A stretch of DNA of 64,000 nucleotides from Spirochaetia bacterium (GTDB lineage: Bacteria; Spirochaetota; Spirochaetia; UBA9216), in the NCBI GenBank assembly GCA_965140585.1, contig OZ223268.1, positions 96,001 through 160,000 of the forward strand, read 5' to 3'. The notes under the pieces were generated by a model. The model saw nothing but the letters and a program-made list of their open reading frames with translations, was not told the DNA's origin and made no database searches. Below, piece by piece: positions 1-9,654 of the stretch. How positions within the stretch are numbered: position 1 is the stretch's first letter; every line of letters begins with the position of its first letter. The translations under genes and the position numbers were made by a program.

Positions 1-1645
1 CCTGCTGTCCTGTTTTTTTAGGTATCTGCGCTATAATCTCTTCCCACGGAGTATTTGAGCTAAGCATATTGATTTCTGATTTAAAACGCTCATCGAGGGG
101 CTTCTGCAGCTCATTGTAAAGAATATATGAAACCTTAAAAGGCATCAGAAGCTTATCTTCCTGTATGGCCCGGTAAATTCCCTTAAGGGCATCCTCGTTA
201 CCCTGAATCATCTGCTCAAGATTTTCGGCGGCACCGGAACAGCTATCCCAGTCGGAATGTCTTGCCTGCGGAATATATCTTTTATAATCTTTTTTGTTAA
301 ACAGTGCATCACGTCCGATAAAAGCCTTTTCAGGTCCATCAGGATAATAGCGGTAAAGAAAGAGCGACTGAAAATCATCAAGAGAACTGCCGCCTGCCAG
401 AAAGTAATTCTGAACAAGCCGGGCCGCATTATTCAGATCAAGTACTGACAGCAGCATGGACAGGCTCAGGCTCTGCCTGCTGCCCTTATAAAAAGAATCA
501 ATTCTTGAACCAAAAAGGCTTGAATTAACCGAAAGCAGGCCGGCAAGCCCGGAAACCTTGTGATTCTGCAGAGCCTTAACCTCCCAGTCTTTAAGTATCG
601 ATGACAAATAGCCTGCAAAGAAGGATGAAGGAACAAAGATTCGTACCGGGATTTTTCTGTTTTCCCAGTTCACAGAAGCTGCCAATATGACAGAATCACC
701 AATTTTGCCTGGAGAAGAAAGAAGCTTTCCACCGGCGCTGTCAAAGGAGGATAAAGAGCGTAAAAATGACGCCGATTTCTTCACCAGGGCAGAGAACAGG
801 CTGTTAAAAAAGCCAAGAGTCTGCTTGTCGCGATTTTTGGATTCAACACTGTATGCGATTGAATAATTTTTTCCGCCGGAAGCCAACTGAAACTTGTACC
901 AAATCATGTCTGCCGTTACACGCGATGCGGGATCCCCGGCTGCAATTATCCCCTCAAAAACTACCGAGACATCCTTCTTTCCTATATTTGCTTCGCGCGG
1001 CAGAAAGCAGCTTCCCGCTATAAACTCAAGCGGACTTTTCACTCTGAGCTTTAAATTAGTATCGTACAGCTCTGTGAATGCATCAGCTGTTACTTTTCTT
1101 CCGGACATCTTCTCCTGCAGGGTCTTTTTAAAGGCTGCATCGCTTTTCAGCAATATATCGATCGATTTTTTGAGTTCACTGTTGAGGCTGATATAAAAAG
1201 CAGCAGACCCGACACGGCAAAGATATATAGAAGATTCAGAAAGATTCCATAAAAGTTGATCACTGTGTTCACTGCTAAAAGGCTTCTGCACAGTAAAAGT
1301 GTTTCGCAGCTCTCCCTTTGCTTTGACCGAGCAGATAAAGGGAAGGTTTCCGGTAATAAAGTTGAGCAACCTCGTAACCGCATCCCCGGCAGTTTCACCG
1401 TCTCCGGGTCTATTGAACTTTCCAAATGACTTCAGGGCAGCCGACGGAAGAAAAACAGACATAACAGCGTTATCTGTTTCAGTATAAACATAGAGTACGC
1501 GGCCCGAACCTGCGGATTTTACATCCGCCTGAAATTTTTCAAAGGGCAGCACAGAGGCTGCCGCTTTAATTTCCTGACCGGCAATGGCCGTGAGGTTTTT
1601 AGAAATTGTATGTGAAAGAAATCCGTCAATAAAAGGCTGATTCAT
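1..1645 (-). CDS. Hypothetical protein, partial (>=548 aa, runs off the left edge)
   Basis: Hand translation from ATG at 1645 (MNQPFIDGFLSHTISKNL...) stays open to the window edge. It is absent from the ORF track because no stop codon lies in the window. A sigma70-like promoter sits directly upstream. Confidence 0.75.
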   Translation of the reverse strand, partial: MNQPFIDGFLSHTISKNLTAIAGQEIKAAASVLPFEKFQADVKSAGSGRVLYVYTETDNAVMSVFLPSAALKSFGKFNRPGDGETAGDAVTRLLNFITGNLPFICSVKAKGELRNTFTVQKPFSSEHSDQLLWNLSESSIYLCRVGSAAFYISLNSELKKSIDILLKSDAAFKKTLQEKMSGRKVTADAFTELYDTNLKLRVKSPLEFIAGSCFLPREANIGKKDVSVVFEGIIAAGDPASRVTADMIWYKFQLASGGKNYSIAYSVESKNRDKQTLGFFNSLFSALVKKSASFLRSLSSFDSAGGKLLSSPGKIGDSVILAASVNWENRKIPVRIFVPSSFFAGYLSSILKDWEVKALQNHKVSGLAGLLSVNSSLFGSRIDSFYKGSRQSLSLSMLLSVLDLNNAARLVQNYFLAGGSSLDDFQSLFLYRYYPDGPEKAFIGRDALFNKKDYKRYIPQARHSDWDSCSGAAENLEQMIQGNEDALKGIYRAIQEDKLLMPFKVSYILYNELQKPLDERFKSEINMLSSNTPWEEIIAQIPKKTGQQ

Positions 1646-1652
1646 TGATTAA

Positions 1653-1681
1653 AGCTTAGATTCAATATCGATTTTTGTCAA
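1653..1681 (-). promoter_or_regulatory. Sigma70-type promoter, probably leaderless
   Basis: TTGACA-17 nt-TAAGCT, then 7 nt to ATG 1645; no Shine-Dalgarno sequence. Confidence 0.6.
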
Positions 1682-1701
1682 ATCAGCCTGAAAAAATTTT
1701 C

Positions 1702-3396
1702 TTATTTTGCCTTCTTCTGGCGCTTCAGCCTTTCCAGGATTCTAATCCCCTCACCCCAGGCAAGTTTATCATCTGCAAGTTCATAATGCATTCCTTCAAG
1801 AATCGTGACCTCAACTATGTTGTCAGCCTTATCAATGAGCTGACGGCATTCATCGCTGAGATTCAGCAGGTGAAGTTTCTTGCCCAGCTGTCCGTATTTT
1901 TCTGCAACAAAATTGACTGCCTCAAGTCCCGAATGATCATGAACGTGGGCATTGGCAAAATCAATTACAACATCAAGGGGGTCGCCCTGATAGTCAAAGA
2001 TATCCTTGAATGACTGAACCGAGCCGAAAAACAGGGCCCCGTCCAGGCTGTATATCTTTGCTCCGAACTGGTCTATAGCGGATGAGGCTTCCATCTTTTT
2101 GCCCTTCTTCCAGGCAAAGACCAGGGCTGATAATATGATACCGACGGCGACCGCCACTGCAAGATTTTCAACAACAGTAATCAGCGAAACCAGAATTATC
2201 ACCAGCGCATCCGATTTAGGAATACTCTTTATTACCCTGAAACTCGACCATTCGAATGTGCCTATTACAACCATGAACATGACTCCGACCAGAGCAGCCA
2301 GTGGAATCTGCTCAATCAGGACAGAACCGAAAAGAATAAACCCCAGAAGCCCCAGAGCCGCTGTAATTCCGGAAGTTCTTCCACGGCCTCCGGCACGGAT
2401 ATTGATAACACTCTGTCCAATCATTGCACAGCCGCCCATCCCTCCGAACAAGCTGTTAACGATATTGGCAATTCCCTGCCCCAGGCATTCTTGATTACCG
2501 AAACCGCGGGTTTCAGTCAGCTCATCAACCAGAGTAAGCGTCATAAGTGATTCAATTAAACCGACAGAAGCAGCCAGAACAGAAAAAGGCAGTATTGTCT
2601 TAAATGCCTGCCATGTGAGCGGTATTCGTGGCAGGCTGAACTTCGGAAGTCCTGCTGCAAGGCTTGTCCTTACAGGGCCTTCGGATGGAGCATTATCCCT
2701 TACAAAATCAAGCACTGTCCTGACTTCAATTCCGGATCTATTGAGTACAAATCCTATGAGGCTTACAACAACGAGGGCTGTGAGAGTAGCCGGAACAGCC
2801 TTTGTGAGTTTAGGCATGAAAAAACTTATCGACATAGTCATGGCAATTAAAATCCCCATAACCGTCCAGATAACCAGTTTTTCACGGCTGCTTTCAATAT
2901 GCCCCAGATGAAACATTTCAAACTGTGATCGGAAGATAACGATTGCAAGACCGTTAACAAAGCCAAGCATTACTGGATGCGGAACGAGCCTGATAAACTT
3001 ACCAAGCTTGAGCACTCCGAACAGGACCTGAATAACACCCATCAGCATAACAGCAGCAAACAGATATCCCAGTGCGGACTGCATAGCGGCATCAGTGCTG
3101 AGCCCCGCAGATACTGCAGCATCAATCTGCTGTGCAACCAGCGGAGCAAGAATAACAGCAACAGCACCTGTAGCGCCGGAGATCATCCCGGGACGTCCGC
3201 CAATAAGCGCTGTGACAAGGCCCATCATAAATGCGGCGTACAGCCCGATAATTGGGTCAATTTTCATAATAAATGCAAAGGCGATGGCTTCGGGCACGAG
3301 CGCCAGCGCGACAGTAAGTCCTGAAAGAATATCATTTTTCAGATTACGGGGTTTTGTAACCTGTATAGGAAAAAAGAGATTGTTTGAGTTTTTCAT
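1702..3396 (-). CDS. SulP family inorganic anion transporter with C-terminal STAS domain
   Basis: Motifs DILSGLTVALALVPEAIAF, GGRPGMISGATGA, GGMGGCAMIGQS and STAS LDGALFFGS. ATG 3396 preferred over the ORF-track start 3438. Confidence 0.92.
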   Translation of the reverse strand: MKNSNNLFFPIQVTKPRNLKNDILSGLTVALALVPEAIAFAFIMKIDPIIGLYAAFMMGLVTALIGGRPGMISGATGAVAVILAPLVAQQIDAAVSAGLSTDAAMQSALGYLFAAVMLMGVIQVLFGVLKLGKFIRLVPHPVMLGFVNGLAIVIFRSQFEMFHLGHIESSREKLVIWTVMGILIAMTMSISFFMPKLTKAVPATLTALVVVSLIGFVLNRSGIEVRTVLDFVRDNAPSEGPVRTSLAAGLPKFSLPRIPLTWQAFKTILPFSVLAASVGLIESLMTLTLVDELTETRGFGNQECLGQGIANIVNSLFGGMGGCAMIGQSVINIRAGGRGRTSGITAALGLLGFILFGSVLIEQIPLAALVGVMFMVVIGTFEWSSFRVIKSIPKSDALVIILVSLITVVENLAVAVAVGIILSALVFAWKKGKKMEASSAIDQFGAKIYSLDGALFFGSVQSFKDIFDYQGDPLDVVIDFANAHVHDHSGLEAVNFVAEKYGQLGKKLHLLNLSDECRQLIDKADNIVEVTILEGMHYELADDKLAWGEGIRILERLKRQKKAK

Positions 3397-3519
3397 GTGG
3401 TAGAATAAATCCTTGGTTGGTAATAAATAACGAATCAAGAACTTAACAGATCAAAGAGTTTTATGCAATAGACAGTCTGAAAATCCAAATTTTCTTTCTT
3501 TATAACCTCAACCAATCTT

Positions 3520-4485
3520 TTAAGTTAAAAAATTATTTATTATAGCTGTAATAAAAACTATAAACCAGATAATAAGTATCAATCGAGAAATCTGAATCAT
3601 TATTATCGTTGTAGGTGATTTTTTTAATATCTTATCAAAGTCATCCTGTCTTGGCAGAACAACACGGGTTCCTTTATTTCTGAGCAGAATTCTTTCGATA
3701 TCCATTACTCTTTCTTTTCTATGATTCATATACTTCACACCGCTTTGCAGCGTGATAGTAAATAACAGGGACGAGACAGCACCCAGCCCTGATACCATCA
3801 ATAAGGGATAAAGCAAACTCCCGTTCGACAGTGTTGAAATAGTACTTAAAGCGACAAGTAATCCGCCGGAAATGTAGAATAAATTATTCAGTTTTGACCA
3901 GTTAAGTTTATCTTCATGCAGATACAGCTCAATTGCGGTATCGTACTGATGTTCAATTAATGATATGTCATAGTAGGATGAATCTGAAAATCTATAAATT
4001 AATCTTATTTTCCCATCTTCAGCTTCCACCTCCAGCACTTTTGCAAACTGCAGTTTGAGATGAAAATTAACAGAGGCTTCATTATATGGTTCTTTTACAA
4101 TAGCAACAAAAATCGGGATTTCAATCAGCTCCTTAAGGTACTCATAAAGCTGTGTAGCGACGCCCTTCCCTTTCATTTTACGGGACACACATATCTGCTT
4201 TATAATAAAAAAACTACCTTCTGAATATTCTATGATGCGTTTATTTACAGCCAACGACCTGTCAAGTTCACTATCCAAATATCCAAAAGCAAATGCACAG
4301 ACTTTTCCTCTTTTTTCAGTCACATAAAAATGCACATATTTTTTGAGCATATATATATAGTCACTTCGGGTAAATTCTGAAACTAAAAAACCTTCGTTAT
4401 CTAAAGCATCGTTCCGCAGTTTATTCTCTTCGGCAATTGAAATTATTGCATCAAGATCTGATATTTGAGCTTTTCGAATTCTCAT
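3520..4485 (-). CDS. GNAT N-acetyltransferase fused to a C-terminal membrane domain (RipA-like)
   Basis: GNAT motif A (QICVSRKMKGKGVATQLY) and NEASVNFHLKLQF; C-terminal part has about 3 hydrophobic segments; visibly AT-rich. Confidence 0.7.
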   Translation of the reverse strand: MRIRKAQISDLDAIISIAEENKLRNDALDNEGFLVSEFTRSDYIYMLKKYVHFYVTEKRGKVCAFAFGYLDSELDRSLAVNKRIIEYSEGSFFIIKQICVSRKMKGKGVATQLYEYLKELIEIPIFVAIVKEPYNEASVNFHLKLQFAKVLEVEAEDGKIRLIYRFSDSSYYDISLIEHQYDTAIELYLHEDKLNWSKLNNLFYISGGLLVALSTISTLSNGSLLYPLLMVSGLGAVSSLLFTITLQSGVKYMNHRKERVMDIERILLRNKGTRVVLPRQDDFDKILKKSPTTIIMIQISRLILIIWFIVFITAIINNFLT

Positions 4486-4550
4486 TTTGATTTCCTTAAC
4501 TCTACAGCCTTTATCAATTCATACGAATTCCGCCGAACCCGTTCGGATGA

Positions 4551-6761
4551 TTATACTCCAACAGCCTCCGGTTTTGCAGCACCGTCTTTTGAACCGTTTA
4601 TCATAACTTCCTTTACCTCAGATGCGGTAGTGCATTTAAGAAGCTGACCGGCAATCCAATCCTTGCTTAATATTGCACCGACAGAGGAGAGAAACTGCAG
4701 ATGAGGGCCGGAGGCACTTTTAGGAGACAGGGTCATAATAAATATTCTGGAAGGCTCTCCGTCAAGAGACTTGAAATCAAGGCCGCCCTTCTTAAGGCCT
4801 ATAGCAACAATTAGCTCATCAACACCGTCGGACTTTCCGTGAGGCAGGGCAATGCCGTTCTGCATACCCGTACTCATTGAAGCCTCACGTTCCTTAACAG
4901 CGGCAAGGCAGTCATCATAATCATTTATCAGACCTTCGGTATGCATCAGCCCGAGCATTTCTTCAATAAGACTGTCCTTATCATCGCTTTCAAGCTCGAG
5001 TTTAATACAGTTCTCACGGATATTTTTAAAGTGATTATCCTGAACCCTGGTCTGCTGTTCCGAGGCCAGGCTTTTCATCCCTTCAATAAGTTGTTCAGGT
5101 CTCACAAGCTCCTTGATGCGGGTTACCGTTTCATTCAGTTCTAGCAGGGCCTCGTAAACAAGGCTCTTCACATAGTGAACATCTACAGGGTCTGAGACAA
5201 TTTCGATGCGCTCATCATAATTATGGAAAGTAAGGAAGATATCGTCACGGCGTACCTGGTTTATCTGATGGTCTTCCACACTGAACTCATGGATGTAGAA
5301 ATCCTCATCTCTAAGAAGCTGTATAATCCTGGCCGAGGCCATATGAGTCATCTCTCGTGAAGGAAAATCAAACACCGTGCTTACAGTAGAAGAACCTTTT
5401 TCTGAAGTACGTGTACCCAGCTTTCCGTTTTTAAGAAGTGATGAAAGCAGAGGCGGCGGAATTAATGTGGTGATCAGGGTCATGAATATCGCGACACCGA
5501 AATGACTGTGGGATAGAATCCCCGATGATATACCAATACCGGCAATAATCAGGGCAACCTCGCCTCTGGGAACCATCCCTACACCAATACGTGCAGCACC
5601 CCTAAGGTTGAAGTTGAGAAACAGTGCAGGGATGCCGCAGCCTATAAGCTTGGCAAGAATACCAAGAACCGAGAAAAGCAGGCCGTATAGCAGGACCTGG
5701 GGCTTCAGGACTTCCTGAACATTAACAAGCATACCCATTACACAGAAAAACACAGGAACAAAGAACTCCTGAATAGGGTGAATCTTCTCCTGAATAACGA
5801 AACTCAAATCTGTACGTGATAATGAAAGACCCATTACATAGGCCCCGATAATCATCGCAAGCCCGGCCTTCTCAAATATGCCGGACAGCAGAAGGGCAAG
5901 CCCCAGGCTCATAACGGCAATTGAGTTCTCGGTATGGAAAATCTTCAGAAATTTACCGATACGTCTGGCAAAAAGAAGTCCCAGAGCAGTAAAACCAAGC
6001 CACACACCCACGGCTTTCAGCGCGATAAAGCCAATAACGCTCCAGTGCACATGTCCGCCGCCCGCACCGGTCATTACGGTCACTATACCCACAACAATCG
6101 CGAGGATGATTATGCCGAGAACATCATCAATAACTGCCGCTGCAAGGATGGTCACACCCTCGGGAGAGTCCATCTTACGCTGTTCAGATAGTATACGGGC
6201 GGTGATTCCAACAGAGGTAGCCACCGATATTACGCCTAAAAACAGGTTAACCGGCGCAAGGAGTCCCTGACCGGTTAAGAATCCTCCCGCCCAGGCGCCG
6301 GCGAAAAAGGAAACAACTACCCCGCCTATTCCGATAATAGCGCCCTTAAGCGAGTAGCGCAGAAAGAGAGATATATCGGTCTCAAGACCCGAGTGAAACA
6401 ATAATATAATGGAGGCTATTGTGGATATACCATACAATTCAGGCGTCACAGAGAGGCTTCCGTTTACAATAGGGAAAAGGCCCTCATGAAAACCCGGCAG
6501 TGGAATTCCGCCAAGCAGATAGGGGCCGATTACTATTCCCATCAGAAGTTCACCGAGAACGGACGGCATATTGATTTTCTTCATAAGAAAACCGCCCAAC
6601 CTGGCTGCGAAGAGGATTACTCCGATTTCGAATACGAGTTCGGTCATTTTTTCGGTTAAAACTGATTCTTCATTTTCGGAGGCAAAGACAGGAACGGCTG
6701 AAACAAAAAGTATAATTATAAACAGAAAGACAAATTTCTTCACACCTGACGCATTATTCAT
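4551..6761 (-). CDS. CPA2 cation:proton antiporter fused to a PTS EIIA-type domain
   Basis: PSVLGELLMG, AAVIDDVLG and GMVPRGEVAL motifs; C-terminal REASMSTG...IALPHGK; GGAG RBS before ATG 6761. Confidence 0.88.
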   Translation of the reverse strand: MNNASGVKKFVFLFIIILFVSAVPVFASENEESVLTEKMTELVFEIGVILFAARLGGFLMKKINMPSVLGELLMGIVIGPYLLGGIPLPGFHEGLFPIVNGSLSVTPELYGISTIASIILLFHSGLETDISLFLRYSLKGAIIGIGGVVVSFFAGAWAGGFLTGQGLLAPVNLFLGVISVATSVGITARILSEQRKMDSPEGVTILAAAVIDDVLGIIILAIVVGIVTVMTGAGGGHVHWSVIGFIALKAVGVWLGFTALGLLFARRIGKFLKIFHTENSIAVMSLGLALLLSGIFEKAGLAMIIGAYVMGLSLSRTDLSFVIQEKIHPIQEFFVPVFFCVMGMLVNVQEVLKPQVLLYGLLFSVLGILAKLIGCGIPALFLNFNLRGAARIGVGMVPRGEVALIIAGIGISSGILSHSHFGVAIFMTLITTLIPPPLLSSLLKNGKLGTRTSEKGSSTVSTVFDFPSREMTHMASARIIQLLRDEDFYIHEFSVEDHQINQVRRDDIFLTFHNYDERIEIVSDPVDVHYVKSLVYEALLELNETVTRIKELVRPEQLIEGMKSLASEQQTRVQDNHFKNIRENCIKLELESDDKDSLIEEMLGLMHTEGLINDYDDCLAAVKEREASMSTGMQNGIALPHGKSDGVDELIVAIGLKKGGLDFKSLDGEPSRIFIMTLSPKSASGPHLQFLSSVGAILSKDWIAGQLLKCTTASEVKEVMINGSKDGAAKPEAVGV

Positions 6762-6911
6762 TGTTAATCTCCCTCTCCAGCACACCAAATAAGCTGCAAT
6801 CAACATCATAACGCGTACTGCATTTCTGCATAATAATAGAAAATATCCGCTCAGTCTATTGCCGGCATGTCCTGACAGGGAGAAACAACAGTAAGATTTA
6901 AGAAATTATAT

Positions 6912-6987
6912 AACCACAGATATATATCACGCTATGCGGTCACATATACCACGGAGCAGCCGCAAAAGTGATGGGCACTGATATAAG
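6912..6987 (+). repeat. Degenerate copy 1 of the CCACRGATATAT...TATGYGGTCACA...GGCACNGATATAAG motif
   Basis: AACCACAGATATAT-ATCACGC-TATGCGGTCACA ... GGCACTGATATAAG; shares blocks with 13001-13056 and 15884-15920. Confidence 0.65.
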
Positions 6988-7144
6988 TTAAAAGGTATTT
7001 TTTACGCAGATTTCGCCTGTGGCTTTATCTTTATCAGAACACAGAATGTTTTTTTATCAAACAAAGAGTCTAAGTTTCCGGTATGCCACTGTGAACTTTT
7101 TGTTATAAAGTTGTACCTATATATTTTTACTTCTGTAAACTTGT

Positions 7145-7184
7145 AATGAACTGTTTTCAGATTAAATACCAAAAACAGTTCATT
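7145..7184 (-). terminator. Hairpin after the ribF-like gene, possible terminator
   Basis: 13-bp inverted repeat AATGAACTGTTTT / AAAACAGTTCATT; weak U-tract. Confidence 0.4.
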
Positions 7185-7227
7185 GAAAAATTGAAATTGT
7201 AATTGCTAAAATTATTTTTAGACTCTA

Positions 7228-8118
7228 TTATAACTTATCCAGATATGCTCTTATTGAATCAATATCATGGTTGACCTGCTGTTTAACTTCTTCAATAGAG
7301 TTAAATTTTTTAACACCTCTTATAAATACATGAACCTCAAGACTTATGATCTTTCCATATAAATCACCTGAAAAATCAAGTAAAAATGCTTCAATAGTCA
7401 GGTAGTCATAATCATCTACAGAAGGGCGCTTACCTATATTAGTGAGTCCTTTAACAGCCTTTCCGTCAATGTCTGAAAGCGTGCCGTAGACACCGTCAGA
7501 AGGAAGCTGCTTCCATGGCTCAAACCCGATATTTGCAGTCGGCATGCCCACGGTACGCCCGAGAGCTTTTCCATGCATGACTTCACCCATTATCAGATAT
7601 GGATGCCCAAGCATCCTGTTAGCTTGCTCAAGAGAACCTTTGCTTAGCACATCGAGTATTCGTTCAGAGCTAATAGGTTTATTTTCAAACTCAACTGTAT
7701 CAACTTCTATTATTTTAAAACCATACTTTATAGAGCAAGATTGAATCCTCTTAATGTTGGGATCCTGCTTCCCTGCAACAATGATCTTTGCACTGGCAGT
7801 TTTACAAAGAAAATCATTGATAAAATTTTCGATATCTGTTCCATCAAATTTATTTTCTGCTGCAAAAGAAATAATCTCATCAAGACCAGAATCTTTGAGT
7901 AAGGTATATTTTTCAAGTTTTGTAGAAAGTATTTTTTGTTTCTCCATAATTTCATCTGGATATTCAAAACAAACTATTGCAGGTTTTAATTTATTCTTTT
8001 GAGCCAATTCTACAACTTTATTTATAACACTCATGTGGCCCTGATGAATTCCATCAAAATCACCAAAAGCAATACATCTATTTTCTGTGCAAATTTCTTT
8101 ATTATTCAAAATTCTCAT
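7228..8118 (-). CDS. ribF: Riboflavin kinase/FAD synthetase (RibF) family protein, divergent paralog
   Basis: GDFDGIHQGH, GRTVGMPTAN, NIGKRPSV, IEAFLLDF and IRGVKKF motifs; the adenylyltransferase half lacks the usual GxDFxFG segment. Confidence 0.8.
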   Translation of the reverse strand: MRILNNKEICTENRCIAFGDFDGIHQGHMSVINKVVELAQKNKLKPAIVCFEYPDEIMEKQKILSTKLEKYTLLKDSGLDEIISFAAENKFDGTDIENFINDFLCKTASAKIIVAGKQDPNIKRIQSCSIKYGFKIIEVDTVEFENKPISSERILDVLSKGSLEQANRMLGHPYLIMGEVMHGKALGRTVGMPTANIGFEPWKQLPSDGVYGTLSDIDGKAVKGLTNIGKRPSVDDYDYLTIEAFLLDFSGDLYGKIISLEVHVFIRGVKKFNSIEEVKQQVNHDIDSIRAYLDKL

Positions 8119-8200
8119 ATCAACTCTTTCAGATAAGATTTCAATTCTTTGGATTATAAAAACAGGAATTAACTCTGTTTGATATTGCAGGCAAATGCAA

Positions 8201-8232
8201 GGATTTCGAAGAACTCCAGCCCTTCGAAATCC
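8201..8232. other. Intergenic hairpin between the permease and the ribF-like gene
   Basis: GGATTTCGAAG / CTTCGAAATCC 11-bp arms, 10-nt loop, no strong U-tract. Confidence 0.45.
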
Positions 8233-8241
8233 ATAAAAGTA

Positions 8242-9597
8242 TTATTTAACCAGGCTTGGAGAACTTTTCCTTGTTCCAATCAGAAAAATAATCATACCAA
8301 TTGCAAAATATCCGGCAGTCCAGGCCCATAGCTGCCATCCTCCGGATACAATTCCCGGAATATATGCACAAATTATTATAACAAATGTTGCTATTGGTAG
8401 GAAATTTCCACCTGGTGCCTTGAATACATCTTTAACATCAGGATTCTTTTTTCGAGCTGCAATGATGGTCAAACATACTATAGCAACAACAATTGCGTTA
8501 CAGAGCGCACCAAGATTGACTATCAGATTCGTAAACTTCGGAAATGCTGCTACAACACCGACAACAACCATTACAACTATAAGTGAGTTAACCGGCATAT
8601 TAGTGCTATCGCTCGTTTTAGCAAAAAACTTTGGAAGGATCCCGCTTTCAGCAGAAGCCTGTAATGCCCTGGCGGATAATGCTATAACAACTATTATTGT
8701 AGTAAGAAGCGCCAGAACTGCAGATATTGAAATCAATGGTACAAGCCATGGAATAGATGCAAGCTTAGTAAATGCAGCTGCATAAAGGGGAATGTATGCC
8801 ATACCGGGATTTTCCTGCAGAAAACCGGAGTTCACTAATCCAAGTGTAGCCAGAATTGTCAGTACATATAAGATTAAAACTACAGTCATTGCAATTGACA
8901 TTGCCTTGGGGACAGTTTTATTTGGATTCTTAATTTCGCCAACCATAAATGAAACTGAAACTATCGAACCAAATGCGACCATTGCTACAGGAATAGCTCC
9001 CATAAATCCAAATGTTCCTTCAGCGCCCTGAGTGAAAAATGGTTTTAATAAGCTTGAATCCCAATGTCCGGAAAACAGTGCAATACAAATAAATATTACC
9101 ATTGTTACTGCCAAACCAATGGTCAGGCCGGTGTTTATCTTTCCCATAGCTGTTATTTTTACAACATTTAATATACCGCAGAATAAAACAGCCGCAATTG
9201 CCAAAGGCACCTGATATGCTCCCAATGCAGGAAAACTTACCCCTAGATAAATACTCACGTAAATTGCAGAAAAAGCAGCACCTGCAATACATCCGAATAA
9301 ATATGCCCATGAAGATATCCAGCCCCATAATTTCCCCTGCTTTTCTGTTTTACCAAGAGACTTGGAGGGAAAAACAAAAATACCACCTGAGTGCGGAAAA
9401 ATAGTTGATAATTCCGCAGTTTGAAGACCATAGGCAAAAAGAATAATTGCAGCGATTATCCATGATAAAATTGCAGCCGGGCCTGCATTTAAAATTGTAA
9501 CACCGGATAATGAAAAGATTGCGCTACCAATCATTCCACCGATCAAGATTGATGAACTGTCCATCAACCCCAGCTTTCCCTGTTCCTTTTTTGACAT
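8242..9597 (-). CDS. APC family amino acid/amine permease
   Basis: IGGMIGSAIFSL, AELSTIFPHSGG and GEIKNPNKTVPKA motifs; about 12 hydrophobic segments. Confidence 0.9.
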   Translation of the reverse strand: MSKKEQGKLGLMDSSSILIGGMIGSAIFSLSGVTILNAGPAAILSWIIAAIILFAYGLQTAELSTIFPHSGGIFVFPSKSLGKTEKQGKLWGWISSWAYLFGCIAGAAFSAIYVSIYLGVSFPALGAYQVPLAIAAVLFCGILNVVKITAMGKINTGLTIGLAVTMVIFICIALFSGHWDSSLLKPFFTQGAEGTFGFMGAIPVAMVAFGSIVSVSFMVGEIKNPNKTVPKAMSIAMTVVLILYVLTILATLGLVNSGFLQENPGMAYIPLYAAAFTKLASIPWLVPLISISAVLALLTTIIVVIALSARALQASAESGILPKFFAKTSDSTNMPVNSLIVVMVVVGVVAAFPKFTNLIVNLGALCNAIVVAIVCLTIIAARKKNPDVKDVFKAPGGNFLPIATFVIIICAYIPGIVSGGWQLWAWTAGYFAIGMIIFLIGTRKSSPSLVK

Positions 9598-9654
9598 ACT
9601 AATCTATCCTCCTAATCATTCCTTAAAGATTCAACCTGCTTTAAAACAATGTTT

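Noticed and set aside
1-480. Faint FliG C-terminal-like wording in the partial ORF
   Set aside because: An impression from a few residues only; not supportable without a profile search.
208-1487. Several short ORFs in the ORF track
   Set aside because: They are shadows of the long minus-strand ORF 1-1645. Other antisense or nested short ORFs across the window were dismissed for the same reason.
8119-8241. Possible FMN riboswitch upstream of the ribF-like gene
   Set aside because: No RFN consensus segments are visible; only a simple hairpin is present.
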